From positions 5,667,728 through 5,715,842 of the forward strand of contig NC_057756.1 in NCBI RefSeq assembly GCF_004010195.1: 48,115 nucleotides of DNA. The letters run 5' to 3'. The notes beneath the pieces were generated by a model that made no database searches, had not been told where the DNA came from, and saw nothing but the letters and a program-made list of their open reading frames with translations. Both the position numbers and the translations under genes were made by a program. This document shows positions 1 to 12,109 of this stretch, piece by piece; within the stretch, counting starts at the first letter, position 1, and every line of letters begins with the position of its first letter. Source of the DNA: Chiloscyllium plagiosum. Its lineage: Eukaryota.

Positions 1-125
1 GCACTCCCTCAGCACTGACCCTCCGATAGTGCGGCACTCCCTCAGCACTGACCCTCCGATAGTGCGGCACTCCCCCAGCACTGACCCTCTGACTGTGCAG
101 CCGAACCTCAGCACTGACCCTCTGA
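1..125 (+). repeat. 31/33-bp minisatellite (cactccctcagcactgaccctccgacagtgcgg)
   Basis: Direct tandem units visible. Confidence 0.9.
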
Positions 126-321
126 GACCATTGGGCTTTCTCCATAATGACCCTATGAGTTTGCTGTAACCCCTCGTATTGAACTATAGTGTCTGCCTGG
201 ATGACGTACTTTGTGTCAAAAGAACCCGGATTGATATTATACCTTTTACAATCTCTGGGTCTTCAATCGAGTCTTGCTCTGTCCTGGGATTGCTCACAAT
301 ATTCTCTTCCTTTGTTTTTAG

Positions 322-603
322 ATGCACCAGAGGGTCTCACAATTACTTCCCTCAATGGGATGAAAGATTCATCAATCAATACAATCCAGGGGGAGTCTGC
401 AGTGATAATCTGCTCTGTCAGGAGTTACCCAGCTTCTAACCTGATGTGGAGACATCTTAATGCCATAATGACGAGAACAAGTTCCAGCAATGAGCTGTGG
501 TTGGTGATTCCTAATGTTACGTCCAGGGAGGCTGGAGACTATCAGTGTGTGGCAGAGAATGAACATGGAACAGTGGAAGGCTCCATAACTATTACTGTGG
601 AAT
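322..603 (+). CDS. Gene A, Ig C2-type exon (MAG domain 3/4-like)
   Basis: Acceptor tttgtttttag|AT and donor GAAT|gtgagt; 282 bp, phase 1-1. Encodes APEGLTITSLNGMKDSSINTIQGESAVIICSVRSYPASNLMW...LWLVIPNVTSREAGDYQCVAENEHGTVEGSITITVE, with Ig B-strand Cys, C-strand Trp and a GDYQC F-strand motif. Confidence 0.93.
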
Positions 604-944
604 GTGAGTGTACACAGACTTCAATCTCTCTGACACAGGTGGAGGGACAAGCGAAAACACACAAATACAGGGATGAAGGACACATTAAAGGACCCGACAT
701 CAATGTGCATGCACGCACACACACACCCACTCGTGCATAAACTGACATTCTGTCATGAATCTTATCCAATGTTTGCATTACTTTCATTATTTGGAAACAG
801 AGATCCATGGATATGGGTCAGTTCTCTGACGAGCTTGTTTATGTACAAAACCAGAATATCAATTTGCAATAGTGAGGTCACAGTGTTAATTCCAAGACAT
901 CATGTGACTGCAATTGATGGCCTGGAACTGCCGTTGTAGTGGTA

Positions 945-1231
945 GATTAGATTCCTGACAGTGTGGAAACAGGCCCTTCAGCCTAACAAGTCCACACCAA
1001 CCCTCCGCAGAGTAACCCACCCAGACCCATTTCTCTCTGAATAACGCACCTAACACTATGGGCAATTTAGCATGGTCAATTCACCTGGCCTGCACATCTT
1101 TGGACTGTGGGAGGAAACCAGAGCACCCAGAGGAAACCCACGCAGATACGGGGAGAATGTGCAAACTCCAGACAGACAGTCACCTGAGACTGGAATCGAA
1201 CCTGGGACCCTGGTGCTCCGAGGCACCGTGC
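945..1231 (-). mobile_element. HE1-like tRNA-derived V-SINE (duplicate at about 34003-34289)
   Basis: Reverse complement of ggttcgattcc...gtctggagtttgcacattctcccc...gggtttcctc...cccacagtccaaagatgtgcagg, with a CR1-type tail. Confidence 0.85.
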
Positions 1232-1994
1232 ATAAAATGGTTATATTGTTTAGTTTATAACAGGCAAGGTAAATATATCAAGGATCTCTGTTTAGTTTTG
1301 ACATCAGAGCAGAAACACAGCAGAGACACAGTAGAGTTGAATTCAGAAAGTTGAACAGCTTCTCCTGACAGCAGATCCAGTGCAAACAATCAGCTCAGCA
1401 GAAGGGGTTTCTAGTCTGTGAAGCTTTCTATCCAGGAGAGTTTGAGTAAAAAGCATCAAGTGTTTAGATTGAGCAGGTTCAGGCCTCCATAACTTTGAGA
1501 GACTTAAGGCCAGCAGACATGAGAAGGAATCATAGAATAAACACCAGACTTCAGAGTAAACAAATTCATAAACTAATGATTTAAAGAGCTGAAAGAGAAT
1601 GACATTTCTATGGAATTAGAGTCTCTGTAACGACAGTGTGATGAAACAGGTTGGAACTTTGTTTTGCTGATTATTTTAAGAGCTTCCTAACTGTTTTCTG
1701 TATAAATATAGCTTTCTTTGGCAGTAGACAGCTTGCGTATTGCTGGAAAAAAATCACATTTTGTTAAAGTCTTTCATCTTGCACTCATCAGGACAGTTTG
1801 CAAGAATGCAAATTCAAGTAGGAAACCAACTTTTATTGTGCATGAGAGGATTGGTTTGATGAATGGACTCTTAGTGATAGTGGTGTGACATGGAAGATTC
1901 AGAGTGTCATACATAAAGCATAGGAACAGACCCTATGGTCCAACCAATCCATGCTGACCATAATCCCAAACTGAACTATTTCACCTCGCTGAAC

Positions 1995-2470
1995 CCTCCC
2001 AAGCTGGAGAAGGTTCAGAAGAGATTTACCAGGATGTTGTGGGAATGGACAGTTTGAGTTATCAGCAGAGCTGGATAGGCTGGGACTTACTTCACTGGAG
2101 TGTAGGAGGTTGAGAAGTGACCTGACAGAGGTTTATAAAATCATGAGGGTAGAGATAAGGTGAGTGGCAAATGTCTTTTCCCCAGGGACGGGAATTTCAA
2201 GGCTGGGGGGCATGTTTTTAAGGTGAGAGGAGAAAGGTTTTAAAAAGACATTGGGGACAATTCCTTTACACTGAGAGTGGTTCATATGTGGAATGAACTT
2301 TGAGAGGAAGTGGTGGAGATGGGTATAACTGCAACATTGAAAAGACATTTGGATAAGCACATGAAGAAGAAATGTTTGGAGGGATATGGGTCAAGCGCAG
2401 GCAGATGGGACTCGTTTCGTTTGGGATTAAGGTCAGCATGGACTGGTCTGTTTCCATGCTGTATGACTCT
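1995..2470 (+). mobile_element. CR1-clade LINE 3' fragment (duplicate at about 35054-35530)
   Basis: Decayed RT C-terminal text (KLEKVQKRFTRML...LTEVYKIMR) and a gtttccatgctgtatgactcta tail. Confidence 0.85.
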
Positions 2471-3324
2471 ACAATGTGTCACTTTTTATTCTTTCTGCTA
2501 TAATCGACAATTTCACCCACTGTACCTAGTATGTTACACACTTCATCTATCTATACCCTTTGTAGGTTGTGTTTGTTTTCCTCAGAACTTACTTTCCTAC
2601 TTATCTTTGTATCAACAACAAATTTAGTTAATGTATGTTCAATTCCTTCATTCAAATAATTTCTAGAAATTGTGAACATTTGAGGACCCAGCACCAGTCC
2701 CTTGTGGCACACTGCTGGTGACAATCTGTGAAGAGAAAGTAGAGTTGAGGTTTCAGGTCTAGTAGCCCTTCATCAGAACTCTCTTTGTCTGTGTGAAATG
2801 CAGCGAGGTGTTGACCGACCAGGATAGCCATTCGCCTGCAGGATGGCCTAGATACATCCTTTTTCAGCATTAAACTTCTTTAATTAACATTACAGGAATT
2901 TTCATAATGTCTGATGGTCAGTTTAGCCTGAGGATCAACACACCTCAGGGAAGAGGAGAGGATGAGAAGGCTGCACTCTCACAGTAGGAGAAAGTGAGGA
3001 CTGCAGATGCTGGAGAGTTAGAGTCGAGAAGTGTGGAAGTGAAAAAGCACAACAGATCAGGCAGTATCTAAGGACCAGGAGAGACGACATAAGCCCAAAA
3101 TAAACTCAGTTGTTGTGGGAATTAAACCTGTGCTGTTGGTACATCACAGACCATGCATCCAGCTAACTGAGCTAACCAACCCCCAGCATCAACTGCAGTT
3201 CCTGTGAAAGTCTCGGCTCCTCAGACTTGTCCCCCTCTCTTGAGATGTGGTGACCTCACCACCAGGTTGTCTCTCTGTAATGAGATAGCAATCCTCCCAT
3301 CCTTTGAGTCAATGCTGACTTTAA

Positions 3325-3470
3325 CACTCACACACACACTCTCAAACACTCTCTCACACATTTCGCACACACATTCTCTCATGCACTCTCCCACACACCT
3401 GTTCTCACACACATACACTCTCCTACACACACACACACACTCTCTCTCATGCACACACACAGATGCCACA
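3325..3470 (+). repeat. Imperfect (CA)n/(CT)n microsatellite (duplicate at about 36489-36634)
   Basis: Direct inspection. Confidence 0.9.
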
Positions 3471-3732
3471 CAATGGAAGTTTACATAGTCTATGTCTACT
3501 GTAAATGTGACATTGCACCTTAGATTGAGGTGAAGGTGACAGAGATCCATTGAGACAGCAGGTTCAGAGAGATGAACAATGGAGTCTTCCTGTGCTGTGT
3601 GATTGCTCACAACATTTTCTTCCTTTGCTGAAGGTGACAGAGATCCATTGAGACAGCAGGTTCAGAGAGATGAACAATGGAGTCTTCCTGTGCTGTGTGA
3701 TTACTCACAACATTTTCTTCTTTTGCTCTTAG

Positions 3733-4014
3733 ATGCGCCAGAGAATCTCACAATTACTTCCCTTGATGGGATTAAAGATTCGTCAATCACTATAACTGAG
3801 GGAGACTCTGCACTGATAACCTGCTCTGTCAACAGCTTCCCAGCTTCAAACCTGACGTGGAAACATCTTGATGTCACAATGAACAGCACAAGTTCCCACA
3901 ATGAGCTGTGGATGGAGATTCCTCACGTTACTCCCCGAGACACTGGAGACTATCAGTGTGTGGCACAGAATGAACATGGGACAATGGAAGGCTCCTTATC
4001 CATCACAGTACAAT
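3733..4014 (+). CDS. Gene A, Ig C2-type exon (paralog of the 322-603 exon)
   Basis: ctcttag|AT ... CAAT|gtgaga; 282 bp, phase 1-1. APENLTITSLDGIKDSSITITEGDSALITCSVNSFPASNLTW...DTGDYQCVAQNEHGTMEGSLSITVQ. Confidence 0.93.
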
Positions 4015-4048
4015 GTGAGACTGCTGGTACATCTGTTCATTGTTACAA

Positions 4049-4702
4049 TATGTACGTAAGTTAGCTCATTGAGCTGGAAGGTTTGTTTTCAGATGTTTCA
4101 TCACCATGACTAGTTAATATCATCAGTGAGAGTCTCCGGTGCTGGTGGTATGGCCTCTCTTTATAGGTCTTGATTTCTTAAGATGGATGATGTCATTTCC
4201 GGTTCTTTTTTTCAAGGGAAGGTAGTTAGAATCTAAATTGATGTGGTTGTTGATGGAGTTCTGGCTGGAATGCCATGCCTCTAAGAATTCTCGTGCATGT
4301 CTTTGTTCCATCTGTCATAGATTGTGTGTTGTCCCAGTCAAAGTGGTGTCCTTCTTTGTCTGTATGTATGGAAACTAATGAGAGTGGGTCGTGTCTTTTG
4401 GTGACTAGTTGGTGTTCGTGTGTCCTTGTGCCAAGTTTCCTGCTTGTTTGTCCGATGTAGTGGTTTTGTTTTACAGTTCTTGCATGGTATTTTGTAAATG
4501 ACATTGGTTTTGTTGGTAGTAGCTAATGGATCCCAGACTATAAATAGAAAGTTGGAACATGCCACCACCACTTCATCAGACGCTCTCAATGATGATGTTT
4601 CCTAGTCATGGTGACAAAACATCTGGAAACAAATCTTTCAGCTCAGTGAGCTAACTTACATACATATTCTCAACCTGAGCTATAAATCTTCTCGAAAATC
4701 GC
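4049..4702 (-). mobile_element. Penelope-like element fragment (GIY-YIG endonuclease region) with inverted terminal segments
   Basis: Minus-strand frames give NVIYKIPCKNC...YIGQTSRKLGTRTHEHQ...HHFDWDN, frameshifted. Segments 4057-4130 and 4583-4658 are inverted copies. Confidence 0.85.
4089..4129 (-). ncRNA. Hammerhead-ribozyme-like motif of the Penelope fragment (degenerate)
   Basis: The minus strand reads tca-CTGATGA-tattaactagtcatggtgat-GAAAC-ATC-tga, with a 3-bp stem I and an imperfect stem II. Confidence 0.5.
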
Positions 4703-5574
4703 CAACTGTTACAATATCTTTAGATGAGTTCTTGGCATTGTCTTATTTCCTCTTTGGATTTCTTCAAGCTTCTCTCATCCTTTTCTATTTTTTCCACAAT
4801 TCCTCCAACAGTTGGGTCTGAGACAAGGGTCGTTCTTCATCGCTATGTCTGTATCTTCATGTCTGTGCTTATCTATCTCACTCTAACTGGACGTAACACC
4901 ACTTTTGGCTCCTGATCTTCCAGTCTTTATCGAAGCCACTCACTTGTCTTGCTCTCCACCAGCTGAATTCGAACGTCCTCGCTGATACCTGCATTTTAAA
5001 ATCTGTAACCCTCCTCTCTCCACTTTCTTCAGAATCCGATTCTCGTATCCATCGAGTATGACCCTCCGCATTAGTGACTGCTCCCGGTGTTTTATCAACC
5101 TCAGGCTGATGTTTTCAGATGTTGAGACTGAAATAACTGGCTACAGTGTTTGCTGCTGTTTTCCTAACCCACATTTCAGTCCTAGGTGTAACTTGGGTGT
5201 TTAACATAGACCCAAGTATTATCCACTCTCCTGACCTCAGTGCACCCAGTCTTGATATCCCCATTACTACTTAGCACCGTTCATTCATGTCCAGTTCATA
5301 TGTCTCTCTGTGCCTTTTGTCTTGGTCCATTGTATTCACCAGCTCCTCCTTTGTTCTGTTTGTGTGTGTGATATCATCTGCCAACCAGAGATTCGACAGC
5401 TACATCTCTACAAACAAATTAATATCCCCAAGAGACAGGCACGTGAATATGCTTAAAAACAGATACAAATGCTTCAAATGCCTTCCTCTTTTAATACACT
5501 CCTTATACTCACCCTCTGTGGACATGCTTTGGGTCAGTGGCTGAAGAGATCCTTGTCTGAAGCAGATGATAAAT

Positions 5575-7600
5575 AAGAAAACAAAGTCTAGGAGCAGAAA
5601 TAGCCCATTCAGACCATTGAGTCTGCTTCGCTACTCAGTGAGGTCATGGTTGATCTGAGGATGCTCCATTCCACTTTTCTGGCATAACCTTTGATTGCCT
5701 CACTAATTAAAATGCTGACTATCTGAATGTACTTAATGACCCTGTGGCAAAGAATTCCACAGATTCACTACCCAAGAGAGAAAAAATATCCTGCTCTTGT
5801 CTGTCCTAACTGGGGAGCTCCGTGCTCTAAAATTATGTCCCTCTGGTCCAAGGCACTCCCATGTGGGGAAACAAACTTCCCACATCTTTCCTGTCAAGTC
5901 CCCCTGGCCTCCTACATGTTTCAATAAGGTCGCCTCTCATTCTTTGAAACGCCAGTGTGTACATGCCCAACCTATTTAGCCTCTCCTCATAAAATAATCC
6001 CTCCACACCTGGGATCAGTTGAGTGAACCTTCTCTGGACTGTCCCCAGTATAGCTTTCCTTAGATAAGGCACCCCAACCTATTCACTATATTCCAGCTGT
6101 GATCTGATTCATCTGTTGTGAAGTTTAAGCAAAACCTCCTTAATTTTACACTCCATTCCCTTTAAAGTAAAGGACCATATTCCATTTGCCTTCCCTATTA
6201 TTTACTGAACTTGGATTTAGATTTTTTTGAGATGTATACCCAAGGACCAATTTATTACAAATCTAAATCCAAATCCACTGCCTCTCCTTTATCTATCCTG
6301 CTTGGTACTTCCTCAGAGAATTCTGAGATATTTGTTGGACATGATTTTCTCTTCCTCGGGCCATGTGGTCAGCATGGACAAGTTGGACCGAAGGGTCTGT
6401 TTCCATGCTGTACATCTCGATGATTCTATGACCCCCAAATCCCTCCATGTTGCAGCTTTCTGTGTTTTTTCTCCATTTAAATGGCACTGAGCTTCTCTAA
6501 TCTTGCTGCCAAAGTGCACAATCCCATACCTTCCCATATTATATTCCACCTGACATATTTTTGCCCACCAGTTTAGTCTGTCTGTATTCCTCTACAGGCT
6601 CTTTGTGCCATTCTCACCACGTGCCTGCCCACCTATCTTTACATCGCTTGCAAATTTGGTTACAGTGCCTTCACCATCGGTGGCTCAGTGGTTAGCACTG
6701 CTGCCTCACAGCACCAGTGATCCAGGTTCAATTCCCACCCCGGGTGACTGTGTGGAGTTTGTACATTCTCCCTGCCTCCACATGGGTTTATGGGTGGCAC
6801 GGTGGCACAGTGGTTAGCACTGCTGCCTCACAGTGCCAGGGACCCGAGTTCAATTCCCGTCTCAGGTGACTGACTGTGTGGAGTTTGCACATTCTCCCTG
6901 TGTCTGCGTGGGTTTCCTCTGGTTTCCTCCCACAGTCCAAAGATGTGCAGGTCAGGTGAATTGGCCATGCTAAATTGCCCAAAGTGTTAGGTGAAGGGAT
7001 AAATGTAGGGGGATGGGTCTGGGTGGGTTGCGCGTCGGTGTGTACTTGTTGGGCCGAAGGGCCTGTTTCCACACTGTAAGTAATCATCATCATCCGTATC
7101 ATTGACATTTATTGTAAATAATTGCACTCCAGTATTGATCCTTGTAGCATTTCACTTGTTACAGATTGCCAATCTGAAAATGCTTCCCCCGCCCCAGCCC
7201 CATCCTAACCCTCAGTTTTTTACGAGTTAACCAATCCTCTCTCTGTGTGAATTTCCAATCTCTAACACCATGGGCTCTTAATGACTTGAACCTTATCAAG
7301 CACCTTCTGAAAACCCAAATATTTTATATCCATTGCCTCTGCTTGATCTCTCCTGCTTGTTACCTCCACAAAGAATTCTGAGATATTGTTAGACATGATT
7401 TTCTCTCCCTTGGGCCATGATCAATCTGTTTGATCGTGTTTTGTATTTCTAAACACTGTGCCATTACAGCCTTTCAAATAGGCTCTAAAATGTTCCTAAT
7501 AACAAATGTTACCTCACTAGCTCACAGTTATCTGATTTTGGTCTCCTTCCCTTTTACAATAAAGATGTTACACTGGCAGTATTCCTAATGCCTGGAATTT
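5575..7600 (-). mobile_element. Decayed CR1-clade LINE fragments, interrupted by SINE and LINE-tail insertions
   Basis: ORF remnants LGTVQRRFTQLIPG...EERLNRLG...MRGDLIE and VVNLWNSLP. Confidence 0.8.
6678..7085 (+). mobile_element. HE1-like SINE with a duplicated head, nested in a minus-strand CR1 fragment
   Basis: The gtggttagcactgctgcctcacag A-box head occurs twice (about 6678 and 6792), followed by a full body and tail. Confidence 0.85.
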
Positions 7601-7764
7601 TTCCCAGAAAATGAGTAAGGGATTTCCAGAGCGTAGAGCTCCAGGCAGTTGAAGGTGGAGCAGTGGATATCAGGAAATACTCATGAGGCTGGAAGAGTGT
7701 GGAGATCTCAGAGGGTTACAGTCTGTGGGAATTACCTGCTGATTCTCCTCTCTTCTTTTTGCAG

Positions 7765-8040
7765 ATCCCCCACGGGAGACCACAGTGTCCATCAGTGGAG
7801 CACCAGGTGGGATCAGAGAGGGGCAGAATGTCACATTAACCTGCTCCAGTGAAAGTATCCCACCAATATCTCAGTACAGTTGGTTTAGGACTGAGGGAAC
7901 CACCAGCATCCAGTTAAACACAAGCAGCCAGATTCTCTCCTTCACTCCAGTCACACGAGGGAATATTGCAGGGTTCTACTGCACAGTGACAAACCCATTG
8001 GGTAGCAGCAGCTCCAACATGACTCACCTGAATGTGGAAT
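7765..8040 (+). CDS. Gene A, Ig C2-type exon (CD22/sialoadhesin-like repeat domain)
   Basis: ttttgcag|AT ... GAAT|gtaagc; 276 bp, phase 1-1. YPPRETTVSISGAPGGIREGQNVTLTCSSESIPPISQYSWFR...AGFYCTVTNPLGSSSSNMTHLNVE. Confidence 0.92.
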
Positions 8041-8310
8041 GTAAGCTTTTTACTGTCTGTCTGTCTCTCCTTAACAGTCAGGGATGGTCTGTCTGGCAGC
8101 AACTTACTCACTGTAGTTTAGATTACAGTAACCTCCTCACTGCTATAACCTGTCCTTCATTGAGATGCACAGAGTGATATCAGGATAGGCAACTAACAGC
8201 TCAAAGAGGGAGGTTTTTAAGCAGTATCTTAAATGAGGAGATAGAGACAGAGAGAACAGTGGAGAGGTTTAGAAGGGGAATACTCCAGCTAGGATGCACA
8301 GCAGCTGAAG

Positions 8311-8900
8311 GGTCAAGAGTGTGTTGCTGGGAAAGCACAGCAGGTCAGGCAGCATCCAAGGAGCAGGAGAATCGACGTTTCGGGCATAAGCCCTTCATCA
8401 GGAATTAGGCTTGTGGGCGGGGGCTGAGAGATAAAGGGGAGAGGGGTGGGTTGGGTAGATGAAAAAGCGATAGGTAGATGGAGGTGAGGGAGAAGGTGAT
8501 AGGTCAGAGGAGGGAATGATGGACAGGTCCAGAGGGCAGTGCTGAGTTGGAGGCTTAGGACTGGGATAATGTGGAGCAGGGGAAATGAGGAAGCTGTTGA
8601 TATCTACATTTATCCCGTTTCATTCTTCTCCAGGCGTCGGGTGGTAAAGGTTTGGCGGTGGAGAAGTCTTGACAGAGTTGGGAGGGAGAGAGATGAAGAG
8701 TTCAGCCATGGGGTTGGTGGGTGAGGGTGTCACAGAGATGTGCTCTGAAAGGATCTACAAGAGGGCCCCATTCCTGATGAAGGGCTTATGCCCGAAATGT
8801 CGATTCTCCTGCTCCTCGGATGCTGCCTGACCTGCTGTGCTTTCTCAGCAACACACACTCGACTCTGATCTCCAGCATCTGCCGTCCCACTTTCTCACAA
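8311..8900. mobile_element. Penelope-derived insertion with about 95-bp inverted repeats and a target-site duplication
   Basis: 8312-8405 is the reverse complement of about 8770-8865. It is flanked by the direct repeat cagctgaag (8302-8310 and 8901-8909). Confidence 0.75.
8374..8401 (-). ncRNA. Minimal hammerhead-ribozyme-like motif (PLE type)
   Basis: The minus strand reads CTGATGA-a-gggc-ttat-gccc-GAAAC-GTC: core boxes, stem II and a palindromic ACGT mini stem III. Stem I pairing is weak. Confidence 0.6.
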
Positions 8901-8989
8901 CAGCTGAAGACATGACTGCCAGTGACAGACGGATGGATATCAGAAGAGCCTTGAGAGATCAAAATTGTAGGAGGGTAGAGATAGCCAAG

Positions 8990-9190
8990 GGTTAATGGGA
9001 ACTGGAGGAGGTGACATAGGGAGAGATGTAGGGGCTGCAGGAGGTGACAGAGGGATGTAGGGGCTGGCGGAGGTTACAGAGATGGGGAGGGATTTAGGGG
9101 CTGGCGGAGGTTACAGAGATGGGGAGGGATGTAGGGGCTGGAGGAGATTACAGAGATGGGGAGGGATGTTGGGGCTGGAGGAGGTCACAC
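8990..9190 (+). repeat. About 39-bp G-rich minisatellite (taggggctggaggaggttacagagatggggagggatg-like); related arrays at about 37690-37830 and 46045-46190
   Basis: Tandem units visible at all three sites. Confidence 0.8.
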
Positions 9191-9370
9191 TTAGAGTGAG
9201 GTTTTGGTCAGTTGAGATAAGGGGGTAATGGTTGAATGATTGGCCAGGACAGCATTGCGATGCTCGAAAATTGGGGAATTTGTGACTGTTGGCGAGAGTT
9301 TAGGTGTTACTGTTCTATCTTCCATTCTAACTCTGCTAGTCTTGACTACTTGCTGTCCTTCCCACCTCAG

Positions 9371-9664
9371 ATAAGCCAGAAATTTCTCGAGAGTCAAAAT
9401 GTGCAGAGGGGGCAGCGGGGATCACCTGCGTCTGTGCGGCCAACTCCAACCCTCCGGCAGTTATCACCTGGCACCTGCCCCATGCCAACCTCAGCGGTAA
9501 CCAAACACATGGAGGGTTTGTGTCTGAGCAGCTCCAAGAGGGGCATCTGGTGAAGGGGTTCCTGATCCTGACGGGACACCAGAATGAAGAGGAAGTGGTG
9601 GTATCCTGCTCAGTTCGAAACCCCCACGGAGCATCCTTGTTCAAGGCTTACCAGTGGCTCCAAG
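9371..9664 (+). CDS. Gene A, membrane-proximal Ig exon (MAG domain 5 / Siglec last-domain type)
   Basis: cctcag|AT ... CAAG|gtggga; 294 bp, phase 1-1. YKPEISRESKCAEGAAGITCVCAANSNPPAVITWHLPHANLSGNQT...VSCSVRNPHGASLFKAYQWLQG. The S-x-C...CxC...SNP four-Cys pattern is typical of MAG D5. Confidence 0.92.
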
Positions 9665-10654
9665 GTGGGATTGCTCTCTGTTTGACACCCACAATTCTAG
9701 ACCCCCCTTCCTCACCCTCTCCATGTGTCTCTACTTCCTTTCAGATGCTCTTTCCCACCAGCCTTTTTGACCAACACATCTTCATGTGATTGACACAATA
9801 CTGGATACGATTTGAGTCACGCCATTGAGAGGAAAAATGTCTGGAAGCATTACCTTCACACAAACGGGGGGTGGGAAATCTGCTACTGTGACCAACATAC
9901 CTCCCCACCCGCCTCCCAAAATATCTTTCTTTCATTGAAAATAAATGTAGAAGAGAGGAGACTAGTGTAGCTGCCCTGCTAATAATTTAGAATTCTAGTA
10001 GGTGACTTGATTGAAGTTTGATAATATTGAGGTGACCAGACATAAGTGGACCAAGAGAATCCGGTCCTATTGTCATGATGTCCAGGACTGGGCTTTTTGA
10101 CAGTGAAATGTGTTAGCACACAAGGTTGGTCAAAGTTTGGAACTGTCTTCCGCAACTGGCAATTGGTCGATTGGTGAAGGTAATGATACTAGGCGGAAGT
10201 GAGGACTGCACATGCTGGTGGTTCCTGATGAAGGGCTTCTGCCTGAAACGTCGATTTTACTGCTCCTCGGATGCACTTTTCCAGCACCACTCTAATCTTG
10301 AAGGTGATGATACATCTAGACTGTAAACGTTAGCTTGTTGTCTCTCCATGGATGCTTCCTGACCCGCTGTGATATCCAGCACTTTTGATTTCCCTTGATT
10401 GTTTGTCTGCCTGTCTAAACTAACTTTCTCAAGTGCGAGTGGAGGAGTATTCATCAGAATTTGACGCACAATGTCATTGTGTCTTGAGGTTTATAAACAG
10501 GCACAGAGTGTAAAATTAAGGAAGTGATGCTATACCTCTACAAATCATTGGTCAAGCCACAATTGGAGTATTGTGGTCATTTATGGGTACATGTTTTCAG
10601 GAAGGATGTGAAAGCTGTGGAGAGAGTGGTAGGAGACTTTATTTTTCGTAGAAT

Positions 10655-11962
10655 CCCTATAGTGCATAAACAGGCCATTCCAGCCCAATAGGTCCATACC
10701 AACCCTTTTAATAGCATCTGACCCAGACCCATCTCCCTAACCTGTTCCTTTAACTCCCATGGCTCACTCACCTAACCTGCACATCCCTGGGCACTATGGG
10801 ACAATTTCCCATGGCCAATCCACCTTAATCTGCACATCCCTGGACACTATGGGACAATTTCCTATGGCCAATCCACNNNNNNNNNNNNNNNNNNNNNNNN
10901 NNNNNNNNNNNNNNNNNNNNNNNNNNNNNNNNNNNNNNNNNNNNNNNNNNNNNNNNNNNNNNNNNNNNNNNNNNNNNNNNNNNNNNNNNNNNNNNNNNNN
11001 NNNNNNNNNNNNNNNNNNNNNNNNNNNNNNNNNNNNNNNNNNNNNNNNNNNNNNNNNNNNNNNNNNNNNNNNNNNNNNNNNNNNNNNNNNNNNNNNNNNN
11101 NNNNNNNNNNNNNNNNNNNNNNNNNNNNNNNNNNNNNNNNNNNNNNNNNNNNNNNNNNNNNNNNNNNNNNNNNNNNNNNNNNNNNNNNNNNNNNNNNNNN
11201 NNNNNNNNNNNNNNNNNNNNNNNNNNNNNNNNNNNNNNNNNNNNNNNNNNNNNNNNNNNNNNNNNNNNNNNNNNNNNNNNNNNNNNNNNNNNNNNNNNNN
11301 NNNNNNNNNNNNNNNNNNNNNNNNNNNNNNNNNNNNNNNNNNNNNNNNNNNNNNNNNNNNNNNNNNNNNNNNNNNNNNNNNNNNNNNNNNNNNNNNNNNN
11401 NNNNNNNNNNNNNNNNNNNNNNNNNNNNNNNNNNNNNNNNNNNNNNNNNNNNNNNNNNNNNNNNNNNNNNNNNNNNNNNNNNNNNNNNNNNNNNNNNNNN
11501 NNNNNNNNNNNNNNNNNNNNNNNNNNNNNNNNNNNNNNNNNNNNNNNNNNNNNNNNNNNNNNNNNNNNNNNNNNNGGCCAATCCACCCTAACCTGTACAT
11601 CCCTGGACACTATGGGACAATTTAGCATGGCCAATCCACCTTAATCTGCACATCCCTGGACACTATGAGACAATTTCCCAAGGCCAATCCACTCTAACCT
11701 GCACATCCCTGGACACTATGGGACAATTTCCCATGGCCAATCCACCCTAACCTGCACATCCCTGGGCACTATGGGACAATTCCCCATGGCCAATCCACCC
11801 TAACCTTCACATCTTTAGACTGTAGGAGGAAACTGGAGCACCCAGAGGAAACCCACGCAGACATGGGGAGGATGTGCAAACATTCAATTCTCCAAGGGTG
11901 GAATCAAACTGAGTTCTCTGGCACTATAAGGCAGCAGTGCTAACCACTGAGCCACCATGCTG
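10655..11962 (-). mobile_element. HE1-like SINE with an internal 53-bp tandem expansion spanning a gap
   Basis: SINE tail on the left and head on the right. The unit gcacatccctggacactatgggacaatttcccatggccaatccaccctaacct repeats on both sides of gap 10877-11575. Confidence 0.85.
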
Positions 11963-12109
11963 TTGAAATTTGCCACAATGATACTAGAAATAAGGGATTT
12001 CAGATACAAGGGCAGATTAGAGAAATTGGGCTTATTCTCAATGGAACAGAAAGGACAAAAGAAATGACCTGACTAAGGTGTTCAAAGTTATCAACAATTT
12101 TCCTTTTGA

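Larger units (their letters stand above)
1..3790 (+). repeat. Segmental duplication, copy 1 (partner about 32972-36856)
   Basis: Exons, introns and repeat insertions are nearly identical. Offsets step 33071, 33058/33059, 33164, 33066, matching the indels seen. Confidence 0.95.

Noticed and set aside
6792..6865. tRNA gene
   Set aside because: The A/B-box head continues into a SINE body found in many copies in this window. It is a tRNA-derived SINE head.
10759..11634. Long ORFs here and across the other N-runs
   Set aside because: They are artefacts of translating gaps.
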